Source of the DNA: Octopus vulgaris
Taxonomy: Eukaryota
Direction: 5' to 3'
NCBI GenBank assembly: GCA_951406725.2
Contig: OX597819.1
Location: 112,220,001 to 112,284,000, forward strand
DNA: 64,000 bases
Shown here: positions 62,516 to 64,000 of the stretch, in pieces
How the letters are laid out: each line of letters starts with the position of its first letter
How positions within the stretch are numbered: position 1 is the first letter of the stretch
Translations under genes and position numbers: made by a program
Notes under the pieces: model-generated
The model's database searches: none
Seen by the model: only the letters and a program-made list of their open reading frames with translations
What the model was told of the DNA's origin: nothing

Positions 62516-64000
62516 AATAATAATAATAATAATAACAATAGTAATAGAAAGTAATGATAATAATTTCTTTTATTGGTCATAAGTTGATAGACATAAATTA
62601 TGACAACAGAAACTCAATAAACTTCATTGTAGTTCATATGATGTTAATGAGTATGTATATATGTGAGAATGCTTGATGTATGTGAGAGAATGGAAGTGTG
62701 AGTGAATTAAAATGTGTGTGTGTGTGTGTGCTTGTAAGCATGTGAGTGCATGAATGTCGGTTCCCTCAGATTTTTACCTGTTTGTATATATTTAAATATG
62801 TGTGGCTGTATCAGTACAAGCAGGAGGTACTTTGTGTTTATGCAATGAATGCAAGCGTACATGCATCTATTTGTGCAAACGTACATGCATGTATATGTAT
62901 CTGATGAGGGTAGGTGAGCATATAAATACTGTACTACCTTTCAAGTAGACTTCAGAAGAAACAAGTAGTGGCTGGTTTTAAGTATATCACAGTCTATCAT
63001 TCACCCTCTTTCTCTCTCTTTCATTCACCCTCTCTCTTTCTCTCTCTGTCATTCACCCTCTATCTATCTCTATCATTCACTTTCTCTCGTTCACTCTCTC
63101 TCTCTCCTACTTTCTTGACAAACCTACAACTGCCAGATTCAATCTCGGATTGGTCAATGACTTATGCAAACAGTTAGTGACCATAATTAAAGAACTGACC
63201 AACTTGGATACAGTTAAAATGGTCTGATTGAATTCTATTATCAGGCCAACCCAAACCTGACTGCTTGACTGCTATGCACCATTGTTTATTTATGTACACA
63301 CACACACACACACATGTGTATGTATAGCCATATATGAATACAGATATACATATATGGACACATGCATACAAGCATATATATATGTTCCTATACATGTATA
63401 CATATACATATATGCATTTACAGAGTTAAAAGATATGATCAAGATAATCTCTATATAGAAAATGCTTAGTAGCGCTCAAAAGATTTGAACTTACACTCCA
63501 AAATATTTACCAAGGATCAAGTTAACAGGGTAAGGATTGGCTGTAAGGGGTACCCAAGGGAGCAGATATGGAGACAGTGATGCAATGCACACACACGCAA
63601 ACACGGATATATATGTATGCATTTATGTACTCTATATATATATGACTCTTGCCCCTTTTAAGATCAACGTTTCAGGTTGAAGTCCATGGGTAGACAAAGA
63701 GGGGAAGCAGTTAAATTGTCCTCTAGACATAAAAACAGACAATTGCCTGCTGGGCTAGTGGGCACTTCAATAGGGGGTCAAAGCACATCAATTTGTTTCC
63801 TGTCCATATAAGGACCACCCATTTAACCCGTGTACATAAAAGGTACCCTGTCAGATCATAGTATTTTAGTTTGAATACTCTATTATGTGAAACCTGCAAG
63901 CCAAAAGGAGAGCTACTATGTGACCACTCAAAAACTGCAAGACAAAGCAGCCAAATCTCTCAGTGATCATACCTTATAACCTATAAGTACAATGGATTAT

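Overview
Eukaryotic, AT-rich and extremely repeat-dense window. The SINE and microsatellite repertoire suggests an octopus/coleoid cephalopod; this is inference from remembered repeat motifs, not a database result. No complete host gene is recognisable, and almost all ORF-track entries are microsatellite or SINE read-throughs. Supported content: (1) a near-intact full-length RTE-clade LINE (44078-47715, minus strand, APE+RT, one frameshift, 11-bp TSD) inserted into a SINE; (2) truncated RTE 3' ends, one with three C2H2 zinc fingers, and a CR1/L2-group 3' end; (3) three tRNA-headed SINE families; (4) a deleted mariner plus piggyBac-type and hAT-type MITEs; (5) a recent 488-bp tandem duplication. 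The most interesting signal is a set of about nine minimal hammerhead-ribozyme motifs in Penelope-type fold-back elements. One is a tRNA-headed (Pol III) SINE-like element carrying a hammerhead, and one family shows covarying stems with a very long stem II. Also notable: a SINE insertion that captured 65 bp of neighbouring DNA, a 62-bp pseudoknot-like tandem module in an RTE 3' UTR, and weak hints of minus-strand alternative terminal exons at 50-56 kb. All alignments and folds were done by eye.
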